Below are positions 8,780 through 16,468 of a stretch of DNA of 32,000 nt, piece by piece. Both the position numbers and the translations under genes were made by a program. Within the stretch, counting starts at the first letter, position 1; each line of letters starts with the position of its first letter. This DNA is from Xanthomonas campestris pv. campestris str. ATCC 33913 (GTDB taxonomy: Bacteria > Pseudomonadota > Gammaproteobacteria > Xanthomonadales > Xanthomonadaceae), in assembly GCF_000007145.1 (NCBI RefSeq), contig NC_003902.1:60001-92000 (forward strand). Reading direction: 5' to 3'. The notes beneath the pieces were generated by a model, which saw only the letters and a list, made by a program, of their open reading frames with translations, made no database searches and was not told the DNA's origin.

Positions 8780-11271
8780 GCAAGCACATCCAGCGCCAGG
8801 TCATCGTCCACCTGGGTGGCATGCCGCAACGGCGCGTCCGCATCGAACAACAGCGCCAGCACCGTCAAGGCCAGCGACTTGGGCGACTCGCCCTTGCCTT
8901 CCTCATGCGCGGCCAGCACCGGGCCCACGCAGGCCGGGCAGCCGGCGCTGCAGTCGCAACGCCGCACCAGCTCGTCGGCGCGCTGCAGCAGCTCGGCCTG
9001 GCGCAGCCACAGCGGCTCGCTCAGGCCCACGCCGCCGGGGAAGTTGTCGTACAGATACACCGTGGGCACGAAGGCCTGCTGCAATTCCACCGCGCCTTCT
9101 TCGCCCTCGTCCACGCCGCGCAGCTGCCCGCGCCCGGTCTGGTCGGCCACCGCAAACCACGCGCCGTCGCCATTGCCCACGGCTTTTTGCAGGTCGCGCG
9201 CATCGGCCATCACCGCCACCGTGGCCACCACGTGCAGCGCATAGGCCGCACCCAGGAAACCATCCAGCGCATCCTGCTTGGACGCGAACGCCTTGCCCAG
9301 CGTGGCCTGCGGCAGCTGCCACCACACCGCGGTGGTGTGCAGTTCCTGGTCGGGCAGATTGACCGGCCCGTAGCCGATGTTCTCGTGCGTGTAGTAGCGG
9401 ATCTTCTTGTAGCCGGACACGCGCCGCACCACATGCACCTCGCCGTGATGCGAGTCGCCGCGCCCGGCCACGCCGCCGTCGAAGCGGTCCAGCACCTTCA
9501 GCTTGGTGTAGTCGATGCTGTCGGTGTAGTAGTCCACATGCGTGCGCGTGACATAGGCCTTGCGGCCTTCCCAGTCCAGCCGCTCCACCTGGTACGGCGT
9601 GCTCTGCACCATGTGGATGGCGCCTTCGTACAAGGTCAGTGCCGCGGCCGAATAATCCACCTCGGCGATGATCTGCTGCTTGCCGTCGCTCTTGTCCACC
9701 ACCACGAAGTTGCCGTCGGCCACCGAGCGCAGGCTCACCGCATTGGCCGGGTAGCTGTCGGCGATCCACTCCCAGCGGTCGCCTTCCTGGTGGATCACTT
9801 CGCTCTCGGCCAAGGCTTCCAGGAACACCAGCGGGTCGATCGGCCCGAACGGCTCGCTGGCAATGAACGGCAGCTCGAACGCCGCGCAGCGGATGTGGTC
9901 GAACAAAATCAGCGGCTGATCCGGCGCAATGCGTGCATGTTCGGGCGAGGCATCGGCGAAAAAATCCGGGTGCCGCACCACGTACTGGTCCAGCGGCTGC
10001 GAGCTGGCCACCAGCACACCCAGTGCCGGTTGTTGGCGCCGCCCGGCGCGGCCAAACCGCTGCCAGGTGGCCGCCACGCTGCCGGGGTAGCCATTGAGGA
10101 TCACCACGTCCAGCGCGCCGATATCCACGCCCAGTTCCAGCGCAGACGTGGACACGATGCCGTCGATGGTGCCCGCGCGCATCGCACGCTCCACTTCGCG
10201 GCGCTCGGTGGGCAGATAGCCACCGCGGTATGCCCGGATGCGCGCGGGCTTGCGCGGGTCGTGGTCGAAGATGTCCTTGAGATACTTGGTCAGCACTTCC
10301 ACCATCAGCCGCGTCTGCGCGAACACCAGCGTCTTCAGCCCGCTCTTGATCGCGATGCGCGCGATACGGTTGCTCTGCGAGCGTGCCGATGCGCGCAGGC
10401 CCAGGTCGGCATTGACCACCGGCGGGTTCCACAGCAGCACGTGCTTGTCACCGGTAGGCGCGCCGGATTCGGTGATGGCATGCACGCGTTCTTCGATCAA
10501 GGCCTGCGCGTGCGCATGCGGGTTGCCGATGGTGGCCGAGCACAGGATGAACTGCGGGTTGGCGCCATAGAACGCGCAGATGCGCTTGAGCCGGCGCAGC
10601 ACGTTGGTGACGTGGCTGCCGAACACACCGCGGTAGGTGTGGATCTCATCGATCACCACATAGCGCAGGTTCTCGAAGAACTGCGCCCACTTGGTGTGAT
10701 GCGGCAGGATCGCCTGGTGCAGCATGTCCGGGTTGCTCACCACGATGTCGCCATGCAGGCGGATCGCCTGGCGCGCATCGCCGGGCGTATCGCCATCGAA
10801 GGTGAAGGCTTTCACGCCCAGCTCGCCGGCGCGGTTGAGCTCCAGCAACTCGGCCACCTGGTCCTGCGCCAGCGCCTTGGTCGGGAACAGGTACAGCGCC
10901 TTGGCGCCGGCGGTCATCGCCGCGCTTACCACCGGCAGCGTGTAGCACAGCGACTTGCCTGAGGCGGTGGGCGTCACAATCGCCACATGCTCGCCGCGCT
11001 GGCTCGCCGCCCAGGCATCGGCCTGGTGGCTGTAGAGCTGGCTGATGCCGCGCGCGCGCAGCGCATCGGCCAGGGCCGCCGGCACGTCGTCGGGAATGGG
11101 CGCGTAATGGCCTTCGCGCCCGGGGATGGTGAAGCTGCCGGTGATGCGGTCGTGGTAGCGCCGCTCCAGGCGCTCGGTGAGCAATGCGCCGTCGCGGCTG
11201 GGCCGGCCATCAGTGGTGGCCAGGGCGCGTTCGGCGGTTTCGGTGCGGGGAGCGAGGGCAAACGGAGGCAT
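8776..11271 (-). CDS. DEAD/DEAH-box (DExH) helicase with a C-terminal Cys-cluster domain (MrfA/YprA-like, DUF1998-type)
   Basis: Motif I VTPTASGKSLCY, motif II VIDEIHTY, helicase C motifs (ALELGVDIG, QRFGRAGRR), and the C-terminal RCDCSAGCPACV cluster. Start set at ATG 11271 (GGGAG 7 nt upstream). The ORF-track start at 11400 runs into the duplicated 52-bp repeat. Confidence 0.9.
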   Translation of the reverse strand: MPPFALAPRTETAERALATTDGRPSRDGALLTERLERRYHDRITGSFTIPGREGHYAPIPDDVPAALADALRARGISQLYSHQADAWAASQRGEHVAIVTPTASGKSLCYTLPVVSAAMTAGAKALYLFPTKALAQDQVAELLELNRAGELGVKAFTFDGDTPGDARQAIRLHGDIVVSNPDMLHQAILPHHTKWAQFFENLRYVVIDEIHTYRGVFGSHVTNVLRRLKRICAFYGANPQFILCSATIGNPHAHAQALIEERVHAITESGAPTGDKHVLLWNPPVVNADLGLRASARSQSNRIARIAIKSGLKTLVFAQTRLMVEVLTKYLKDIFDHDPRKPARIRAYRGGYLPTERREVERAMRAGTIDGIVSTSALELGVDIGALDVVILNGYPGSVAATWQRFGRAGRRQQPALGVLVASSQPLDQYVVRHPDFFADASPEHARIAPDQPLILFDHIRCAAFELPFIASEPFGPIDPLVFLEALAESEVIHQEGDRWEWIADSYPANAVSLRSVADGNFVVVDKSDGKQQIIAEVDYSAAALTLYEGAIHMVQSTPYQVERLDWEGRKAYVTRTHVDYYTDSIDYTKLKVLDRFDGGVAGRGDSHHGEVHVVRRVSGYKKIRYYTHENIGYGPVNLPDQELHTTAVWWQLPQATLGKAFASKQDALDGFLGAAYALHVVATVAVMADARDLQKAVGNGDGAWFAVADQTGRGQLRGVDEGEEGAVELQQAFVPTVYLYDNFPGGVGLSEPLWLRQAELLQRADELVRRCDCSAGCPACVGPVLAAHEEGKGESPKSLALTVLALLFDADAPLRHATQVDDDLALDVLA

Positions 11272-11330
11272 ACGGCGGCTCCCAAAGAGGGGCATGAGAC
11301 AGGGGAGGTGTCTCAGGGTATGAGACCGCG

Positions 11331-11382
11331 GCCAAACCGGCGAGCCTGTGTCACTGAGCGGATTCAGCAAGCGGGTATCCTG
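11331..11382. repeat. 52-bp direct repeat, copy 1 (left flank of the Fic cassette)
   Basis: gccaaaccggcgagcctgtgtcactgagcggattcagcaagcgggtatcctg, identical to 12811..12862. Confidence 0.95.
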
Positions 11383-11493
11383 CGCCGCCGCAGATGTCAT
11401 CGGCAGCGCCGCGTTGGCACCGAATCACGCAGGAACTGGTGGCGTTGCAGCAGCGTTCCGTGGTGTGCAGCGTGCGTGGTTGCCGAACGTGCG

Positions 11494-12642
11494 CTAGGCG
11501 CGCAACAGGTTCACGTAAGCCTGGTAGCTGAAGCTCTGGCCGCGTGCACGTCCGGTGGTTTCCACCAGCACACCGATGTCCTGCAGCGTGGTCACCGCCG
11601 CGCGCGCTGTGGGATAAGAGACCTCCAGCGCCTGCTGCGCGCGATCAACGGTCAGCTTCGGCATGGTCGGCAGGAACTCGAACAGCCGCAGCGCCTGCAG
11701 CGTGCTGCTGCCGGTTCCCAGCACGCGCTTGCGATCGGCCGCGATCAACGCCGCAATCGCCACGATGCTGCGCTGGGCCTGTTCGGCAGAGGCTTCCACG
11801 CCCTCAAGGAAGAAGGCCACCCATGCTTCCCAATCGCCATGCGTTCGAATGGCCGACAGGTGCCGGTAGTAGTCGTTTTGCCTGGCTTTGAGGTAGCCGG
11901 ACAGGTACAGCAACGGTTCGGGCAGCAACTGCCAGTGCTCCAGCAGCGCGGCAATCAACAATCGCCCGATCCGGCCGTTGCCATCCAGAAACGGATGGAT
12001 GGTTTCGAACTGCGCATGCACCAGCGCAATGCGGACCAGAGGCGGCAACGTCGGGCGCGTGTCATGGATGAAGCGCTCCAGATCACCAAACACCTCGGCC
12101 AGGCGCTCGGCCGGCGGCGGCACGAATGCCGCATTCCCGGGCCGGGTGCCGCCGATCCAGTTTTGACTGGTGCGCATGCTGCCTGGCAGTGCGTGCGCGC
12201 CACGGACGCCAGCCAGGAGAATCCTGTGCGCCTCGGCAAGCAGGCGCAGCGAGATGGGCAATCCGGTGGGCGCCTGTAACTGCTCACGGACGAACTTGAA
12301 CGCCTGCAGGTAGTTGGTGACCTCTTCCACATCGTCTGCGTTGGCCACTGTCAGCCCTGCCTCCTCGTCGAAGACGTCGGTCAGGGTGGCCTGGGTTCCC
12401 TCCAGTTGTGAGGTCAGCAGCGCCTCTTGCCGGACCGCGCTGTAGATCAGCCACTCGCTCGAGGCCACCAAGCCGGCCATGCCTGTCAGCCGCGCAAGGG
12501 CGACCTCGGCAAGGCGATTACGCTCCAGATACGCGGCCTGATCCAGCGCAGGGGCAGCCGGCGGCAGCGGCGCTGGAACAAACGCGCGCACGGTCTCGTC
12601 ATGGGTCTTGATGACGGCATAGGAGCCGGTGACACGGGCCAT
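11494..12642 (-). CDS. Fic family protein (class II, N-terminal inhibitory helix, C-terminal wHTH-like domain)
   Basis: Canonical Fic motif HPFLDGNGRIGRLL. An upstream [ST]xxxE[GN] inhibitory motif is present (TSQLEG). AGGAAAGGA lies upstream of the ATG at 12642. Confidence 0.9.
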   Translation of the reverse strand: MARVTGSYAVIKTHDETVRAFVPAPLPPAAPALDQAAYLERNRLAEVALARLTGMAGLVASSEWLIYSAVRQEALLTSQLEGTQATLTDVFDEEAGLTVANADDVEEVTNYLQAFKFVREQLQAPTGLPISLRLLAEAHRILLAGVRGAHALPGSMRTSQNWIGGTRPGNAAFVPPPAERLAEVFGDLERFIHDTRPTLPPLVRIALVHAQFETIHPFLDGNGRIGRLLIAALLEHWQLLPEPLLYLSGYLKARQNDYYRHLSAIRTHGDWEAWVAFFLEGVEASAEQAQRSIVAIAALIAADRKRVLGTGSSTLQALRLFEFLPTMPKLTVDRAQQALEVSYPTARAAVTTLQDIGVLVETTGRARGQSFSYQAYVNLLRA

Positions 12643-12810
12643 TCAAGGATCCTTTCCTAGCAGTGCTGGCTATTAAAGAATGCCTTAATAAGACCGAGCG
12701 TTGTGAAACACCTCGTTGCTAAGCGATGGAGGGTCAGCCGGAGCGTGCTGCAGGTTCGGCCAGGTGCCGCATCGTCGCGGCGATGGCAACTGGGCACACG
12801 TGACATCAGC

Positions 12811-12862
12811 GCCAAACCGGCGAGCCTGTGTCACTGAGCGGATTCAGCAAGCGGGTATCCTG
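12811..12862. repeat. 52-bp direct repeat, copy 2 (right flank of the Fic cassette)
   Basis: Identical to 11331..11382. Sequence diverges immediately on both sides of each copy. Confidence 0.95.
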
Positions 12863-12884
12863 TCGGGCCCCACCGGGCCGCGCC

Positions 12885-13586
12885 ATGCGGCGCCGGCGGG
12901 CTCCCCCACCTCGAAGACCTGCCGTGCCCGTGCCCCCCAGCGCTCTCGCCCCGCACTACAAGACCCCTTCCGCCCGCCGTGCCGACGTTGTGGTGCACGC
13001 CGCCGGGTTGTTCCTGGCCATCGTTGGCGGCGCCTGGATGATCTGGCGCGCGCATGCCAACGGCACGATGGTGCTGGCCACCTGCGTCTACGCGCTGGGG
13101 CTGCTGGTGATGTTTGCCTGCTCGGCGGCCTACAACTTCGCCCCGCCGCAGCGCCAGCCGATGCTGCGCAAGTTCGACCACGCCGGCATCTTCGTGATGA
13201 TCGCCGGCTCCTACACGCCGTTCTTCCTGCTGGCGCTGGATGGCAGCTGGCGCTGGGCCATGATCCTGAGCGTGTGGGGTGTGGCCTCGTTCGGTGTGTT
13301 CGCCAAATTATTCCTGCCCGGCATCGCCAAGGGCTTCTGGGTGGCCATCTACCTGCTGCTGGGCTGGGCCGGCATCGTGGTGATCAAGCAGATCGTCGCC
13401 GGGCTGGACAGCACCGTGCTGTGGCTCATCGCCGCCGGTGGCGCGTTCTACACGGTGGGCGTGGGCTTCTACGTGCGCAAGTCCATGGTCTACAACCGCG
13501 CCATCTGGCACGCCCACGTGCTGGGCGGCGCACTGTCGCACTGGTGCGCCATCTGGCTGTGCCTGCGGCCGATGGGCGAGGTGTAG
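12885..13586 (+). CDS. Hemolysin III / PAQR family membrane protein
   Basis: Multi-pass hydrophobic ORF with an N-terminal Y-x-motif followed by HAAG, and histidines at HAGIFVMIAGSYTPF and WHAHVLGG. Start ambiguous: ATG 12885 chosen, and GTG 12828 lies inside the duplicated repeat. Confidence 0.8.
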   Translation: MRRRRAPPPRRPAVPVPPSALAPHYKTPSARRADVVVHAAGLFLAIVGGAWMIWRAHANGTMVLATCVYALGLLVMFACSAAYNFAPPQRQPMLRKFDHAGIFVMIAGSYTPFFLLALDGSWRWAMILSVWGVASFGVFAKLFLPGIAKGFWVAIYLLLGWAGIVVIKQIVAGLDSTVLWLIAAGGAFYTVGVGFYVRKSMVYNRAIWHAHVLGGALSHWCAIWLCLRPMGEV

Positions 13587-13591
13587 CGCGC

Positions 13592-13642
13592 TGTCGATGT
13601 CGTCGAGCAGTCGCGTATGCTCCTGGCTCGCTAGCATCGACA
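13592..13642. terminator. Composite hairpin between convergent genes
   Basis: TGTCGATG (13592-13599) pairs with CATCGACA (13635-13642). An inner CGAGCAG / CTGGCTCG stem is also present. Lies between the hlyIII-like stop (13586) and the parE-like stop (13653). Confidence 0.4.
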
Positions 13643-13652
13643 CGTCATGGAT

Positions 13653-13970
13653 CTATTGATCGCCTGACGACGTCGGCTTCCCATCAGAGCGCGCAGGTAC
13701 AAGCACAAGGATCAGCACATCGTCGCCGTCGCGTGTGTAGATCAAGAGATATCTGCCGTCCTGGCAGGTGGTCAAACGCGTTCCCGGCAGCGGCCCAGAG
13801 TGATAGATGGCGGCACCATCCAGCGCGTCGCCCTCGGTTTCGATCCGGTCGTCCTGTTCACATGCGGCGGAATACATCTGCGGGTCGGGGATTTCGATCG
13901 CGCGCGCCAGTGCTGAGGTGAGCAATGCGGTGCGCGCATCCAGCGCGCTCTGCTTCCAGGCCACGCTCAC
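13653..13970 (-). CDS. RelE/ParE family type II toxin
   Basis: 105-aa ORF. The C-terminal pattern RYLLIYTRDGDDVLILVLVPARSD matches the ParE/RelE beta-strand signature. The GTG start overlaps the upstream ORF stop (GTGA at 13967-13970). Confidence 0.7.
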   Translation of the reverse strand: MSVAWKQSALDARTALLTSALARAIEIPDPQMYSAACEQDDRIETEGDALDGAAIYHSGPLPGTRLTTCQDGRYLLIYTRDGDDVLILVLVPARSDGKPTSSGDQ

Positions 13971-14344
13971 GCACGCGTGCCCTTTGCAGCCAGTGCTGCC
14001 TCAAGCGCCGCACGTTGTTGCGTCTTGAGCGTCTCCATCTGCTGCTTCGCCTGTGCGCTGGAGAGTGCGGGGCGGGGGTCGGCCAGGGCATGCTCAGTCT
14101 GGGTGCGTAGCGACACCGCATAGCGTGCGTCCAACTCCTTGACATTCATCGCCTCGGAGCGTTCAGGCCGGCGCTTCGTCTTGCCGCCCTCGGCGTCCCA
14201 CCGCGCAGCGTCCACATGAAGCACGTCCAATGGCATGCCCATCTCGCGCAAGACCTTCAACGCACTTTCGAAGCTGCCAAACCGGCGCGGCGCGTTCGCC
14301 TTGGTTGCCAGCACACGGGTCTGGTTATGGGTCTGCAACTGCAC
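13967..14344 (-). CDS. Cognate antitoxin (PaaA2/stability-determinant-like C-terminal part) fused to an unrecognised N-terminal domain
   Basis: The C-terminal 60 aa (ELDARYAVSLRTQTEHALADPRPALSSAQAKQQMETL) resemble ParE-associated antitoxins. The frame stays open a further 37 codons upstream (to a TAA at ~14456-14458) with no ATG/GTG/TTG. An internal ATG at 14149 would give a 60-aa antitoxin. Confidence 0.55.
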   Translation of the reverse strand: MQLQTHNQTRVLATKANAPRRFGSFESALKVLREMGMPLDVLHVDAARWDAEGGKTKRRPERSEAMNVKELDARYAVSLRTQTEHALADPRPALSSAQAKQQMETLKTQQRAALEAALAAKGTRA

Positions 14345-14463
14345 GGTCCAGGCACCGGCTTCCCCGATGACCGACGCCTGCCTGACCGCACTGGCGTCGA
14401 CCAGGGCGCGTGCGGTCGCCAGCTTGACCAGATTGGTCGTGGCGCTGTCCAGTTAACGATTAA

Positions 14464-14603
14464 GAGCAGCTATCAAAACTACTGCGCAGCCGCCAGGCGG
14501 GCGCGGCCGGTGCTCGGAATCCTCATGTACCCACGTACACTCCGGTTCCTCCGCGCCGCCCGCACCCACCTGACGGCTGCTCGCTACGTTTTGTTAGCCG
14601 CTC
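14464..14603. repeat. ~140-nt imperfect palindromic (rod-like hairpin) element, ERIC/MITE-like or structured RNA
   Basis: The arms pair almost end to end (GAGCAGCTATCAAAAC... with ...GTTTTGTTAGCCGCTC, and GCAGCCGCCAGGCGGGCGCGG with CCGCGCCGCCCGCACCCACCTGACGGCTGC). The apex is TGTAC-ccac-GTACA. Four A-C mismatches on the + strand would be G-U pairs in a minus-strand transcript. Confidence 0.6.
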
Positions 14604-14669
14604 TAAATGGCAATCACCTTGCCCTTGATCAGGGGCGCCAGCTAACGGCTGTCGGTCAGGCTCGCACCC

Positions 14670-15188
14670 TCACAGCTTGGTCTTCAGCACCGCCTCGAAC
14701 GCCGCATCCGGCTCAAGGCTGTCTGAAAGCACGATCACCGAATGCAGCGTGCCCCGCGCCTGCACGCTGTATTCGAAGCCCACCTGCTTGCCGTTGCGGC
14801 TGAACACCTCGATCTCGCTGTACTCGCCGATCTCGCCCTCGAAGCGTTCCTGCGTGTAGCCGTGCTCCTTGGCGAAGTTCTTGGCGGCCGAGCGCGCGCC
14901 TTCCCAGACGGCATCTTCATAGTTGATGGGCTGCAGCAGGCTCACCAATTGCGTGGCACACGGCGTGGCGCTGGTCATGCCATAGCCATCGACGGTGCCC
15001 ACCAACGGGATGCTGCTCTGGCTGCGCTTGGGCGTTGCCTTGACGGTGCAGCCAAGCTGTTGCAGCTCGGCCAGTGTGAAGTGCTCGGACTCCGGGCGCG
15101 GCGGGTCAGCGGTATGGCTGCCGTTGCAGGACGCCATCAGGCCAACCAGGGTCATGGGCCAGAGGATGCGGAAGGAAACGGTCAACAA
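14670..15188 (-). CDS. Hypothetical lipoprotein
   Basis: A TTG at 15188 is preceded by AAGGA (8 nt upstream). The signal is LLTVSFRILWPMTLVGLMAS-C, with a lipobox-like LMASC. The rest has no motif I recognise. The part of the ORF-track extension upstream of this TTG (up to 15383) looks non-coding. Confidence 0.5.
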   Translation of the reverse strand: MLTVSFRILWPMTLVGLMASCNGSHTADPPRPESEHFTLAELQQLGCTVKATPKRSQSSIPLVGTVDGYGMTSATPCATQLVSLLQPINYEDAVWEGARSAAKNFAKEHGYTQERFEGEIGEYSEIEVFSRNGKQVGFEYSVQARGTLHSVIVLSDSLEPDAAFEAVLKTKL

Positions 15189-15419
15189 CGGCGACGTCCT
15201 TGTAAGAGTTGAGGAAACACATACCAAGTTTGGACCAGTGCGTAGGAGCGCACCTGGGCGCGGCCTAACGTCAGGCCTGCATGGCCAAAAGCCGGTGCAT
15301 GCAACAGCAAGCGCACCACAACGCTGCTGCGTGAATACCTGCGTGGCGCTAACACCACCACGCGGCCTCCCAACCAGCACCACGCGTATGTACCCGCGCA
15401 GTCAGCACAACAGCATAGC

Positions 15420-15444
15420 CGGCAGGCGCGCAAAACGCCTGCCG
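15420..15444 (-). terminator. Hairpin downstream of the quinone reductase gene
   Basis: CGGCAGGCG-cgcaaaa-CGCCTGCCG: 9-bp stem located ~110 nt after the stop at 15552 on the minus strand. No clean U-tract. Confidence 0.35.
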
Positions 15445-15551
15445 CTTCCATCAGCCCACCACGCGCGGTGCCAACAGATCGCCCAATCCCACCCGGCGCA
15501 GCATCTCCGCACGCAGGCGATCGAGCACGCCGAAGCCCACGTCGGCACGGT

Positions 15552-16151
15552 TTACGCCTTGGCGGCAAACACCTGCTCACCCACCGCGCGCGCTGTGGCG
15601 TAGTGCGACTCCGGAAACTCGGCATCCGGCAACAACAGCAGTTCGGCAGTGCGCACCGGTGCACCGCAGAAGTCGAAGATGCCGTGGTTGATCTGCGTCT
15701 TCATCGCACCGAAGTAGCCATGCCGCGCATAGGTGCGCTCGTCCGCACCGCCAATGGCCACCAGATGTACGTCCAACCGCCCCAGCTTCTTGACGATCCT
15801 GCCGCTGTCGGCGTCTTCATCGAACGCCCAGCCCAGCGTAAACACCCGGTCGATCCAGCCCTTGAGTAGCGCCGGCATGCCCCACCAATAAATCGGGAAC
15901 ACCAGGACCACCGCATCGGCACGATCCAGCCGCGCATGTTCGGCCGCCACATCCGGCGCAGGACCGGCCCGCCGGGAATACAGCGCAATGTCGGCCTGGT
16001 TGAAGCGCGGATCGAAGCCTTCCTTTGCCAGGTCAGCTACTTCAAAGGTATGGGCCCCACCCGAGGCCAACAGCGCCTCGCCAATCTGCGCCGCCACCGC
16101 GTGGGTGTGCGAGCGCTGCTCGGGGTGTGCGACAACGATAAGGGCATGCAT
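15552..16151 (-). CDS. NAD(P)H dehydrogenase (quinone), flavodoxin-like fold (Flavodoxin_2/NQO/MdaB-like)
   Basis: MHALIVVAHPEQRSHTHAV..., VLVFPIYWWGMPALLKGWIDRVF. Start at ATG 16151, with GGAG 12 nt upstream. Confidence 0.85.
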   Translation of the reverse strand: MHALIVVAHPEQRSHTHAVAAQIGEALLASGGAHTFEVADLAKEGFDPRFNQADIALYSRRAGPAPDVAAEHARLDRADAVVLVFPIYWWGMPALLKGWIDRVFTLGWAFDEDADSGRIVKKLGRLDVHLVAIGGADERTYARHGYFGAMKTQINHGIFDFCGAPVRTAELLLLPDAEFPESHYATARAVGEQVFAAKA

Positions 16152-16378
16152 AGGCTGGGTAACTCCAATTGGGTGTGCACGCCAAGCGGCACCGCACGAT
16201 ACGGCGTGCTGGCTTGCGTCTGTACCAGCCATGCCGCAATGGCCGCAGCGCCACGGTGACGTTGGAGCTCGTCGTGCACCACTGCATCATTGACCAGGTG
16301 CGGCAGCAGCACGGCGGCATCGCCGGTGTTGCTGGCGGCAAAAAAGCAGGCGATGGCGTGGGGCAGGGCAAGCGACAT
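16037..16378 (-). pseudogene. SnoaL/NTF2-like gene, apparently 3'-truncated
   Basis: The first ~70 aa (IACFFAASNTGDAAVLLPHLVNDAVVHDELQRHRGAAAIAAWL) look like a SnoaL-like fold. The frame then runs into and overlaps the reductase gene with Arg/Pro-rich nonsense, so the expected C-terminal half is missing. Confidence 0.4.
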
Positions 16379-16468
16379 GGCAGCGATGTCCGGTGCGAAA
16401 CGTGTATGCCATGATCGGCAGCGGCATCACCTGCCGCAAGAACGCACGCAAAGGTAAGTCACGCACCC

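Noticed and set aside
11295-11326. TGAGACA-N7-TGTCTCA palindrome plus a third TGAGAC half-site, just upstream of the helicase start and next to the 52-bp repeat. Considered as a possible operator.
   Set aside because: The sequence is real, but it is short and I cannot link it to any regulator. It may simply be chance or part of the 5' UTR.
11272-11400. The ORF-track starts for the helicase (11400) and the hlyIII-like gene (12828).
   Set aside because: Both extensions read through the duplicated 52-bp repeat and give non-conserved-looking Arg/Pro-rich peptides. For the helicase an internal ATG with a good Shine-Dalgarno (11271) fits better, and for the hlyIII-like gene the internal ATG at 12885 gives a more typical N-terminal length, although no Shine-Dalgarno is evident before it. 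Starts remain uncertain.
15215-15275. A degenerate half-REP (GTAGGAGCGCACCTGGGCGCGGCCTAAC) upstream of the orphan lipoprotein gene.
   Set aside because: It bears only a partial resemblance to the 68-bp elements at 29.9-30.4 kb and is too degenerate to call.
13590-15400. An integron cassette array, with attC-like imperfect palindromes after same-strand small ORFs including a TA cassette.
   Set aside because: No intI or attI lies in the window. The ends of the 14464..14603 palindrome (GTTAACG / GTTAGCC) do not fit the GTTRRRY / RYYYAAC core sites. The 13592..13642 hairpin is better explained as a convergent terminator.
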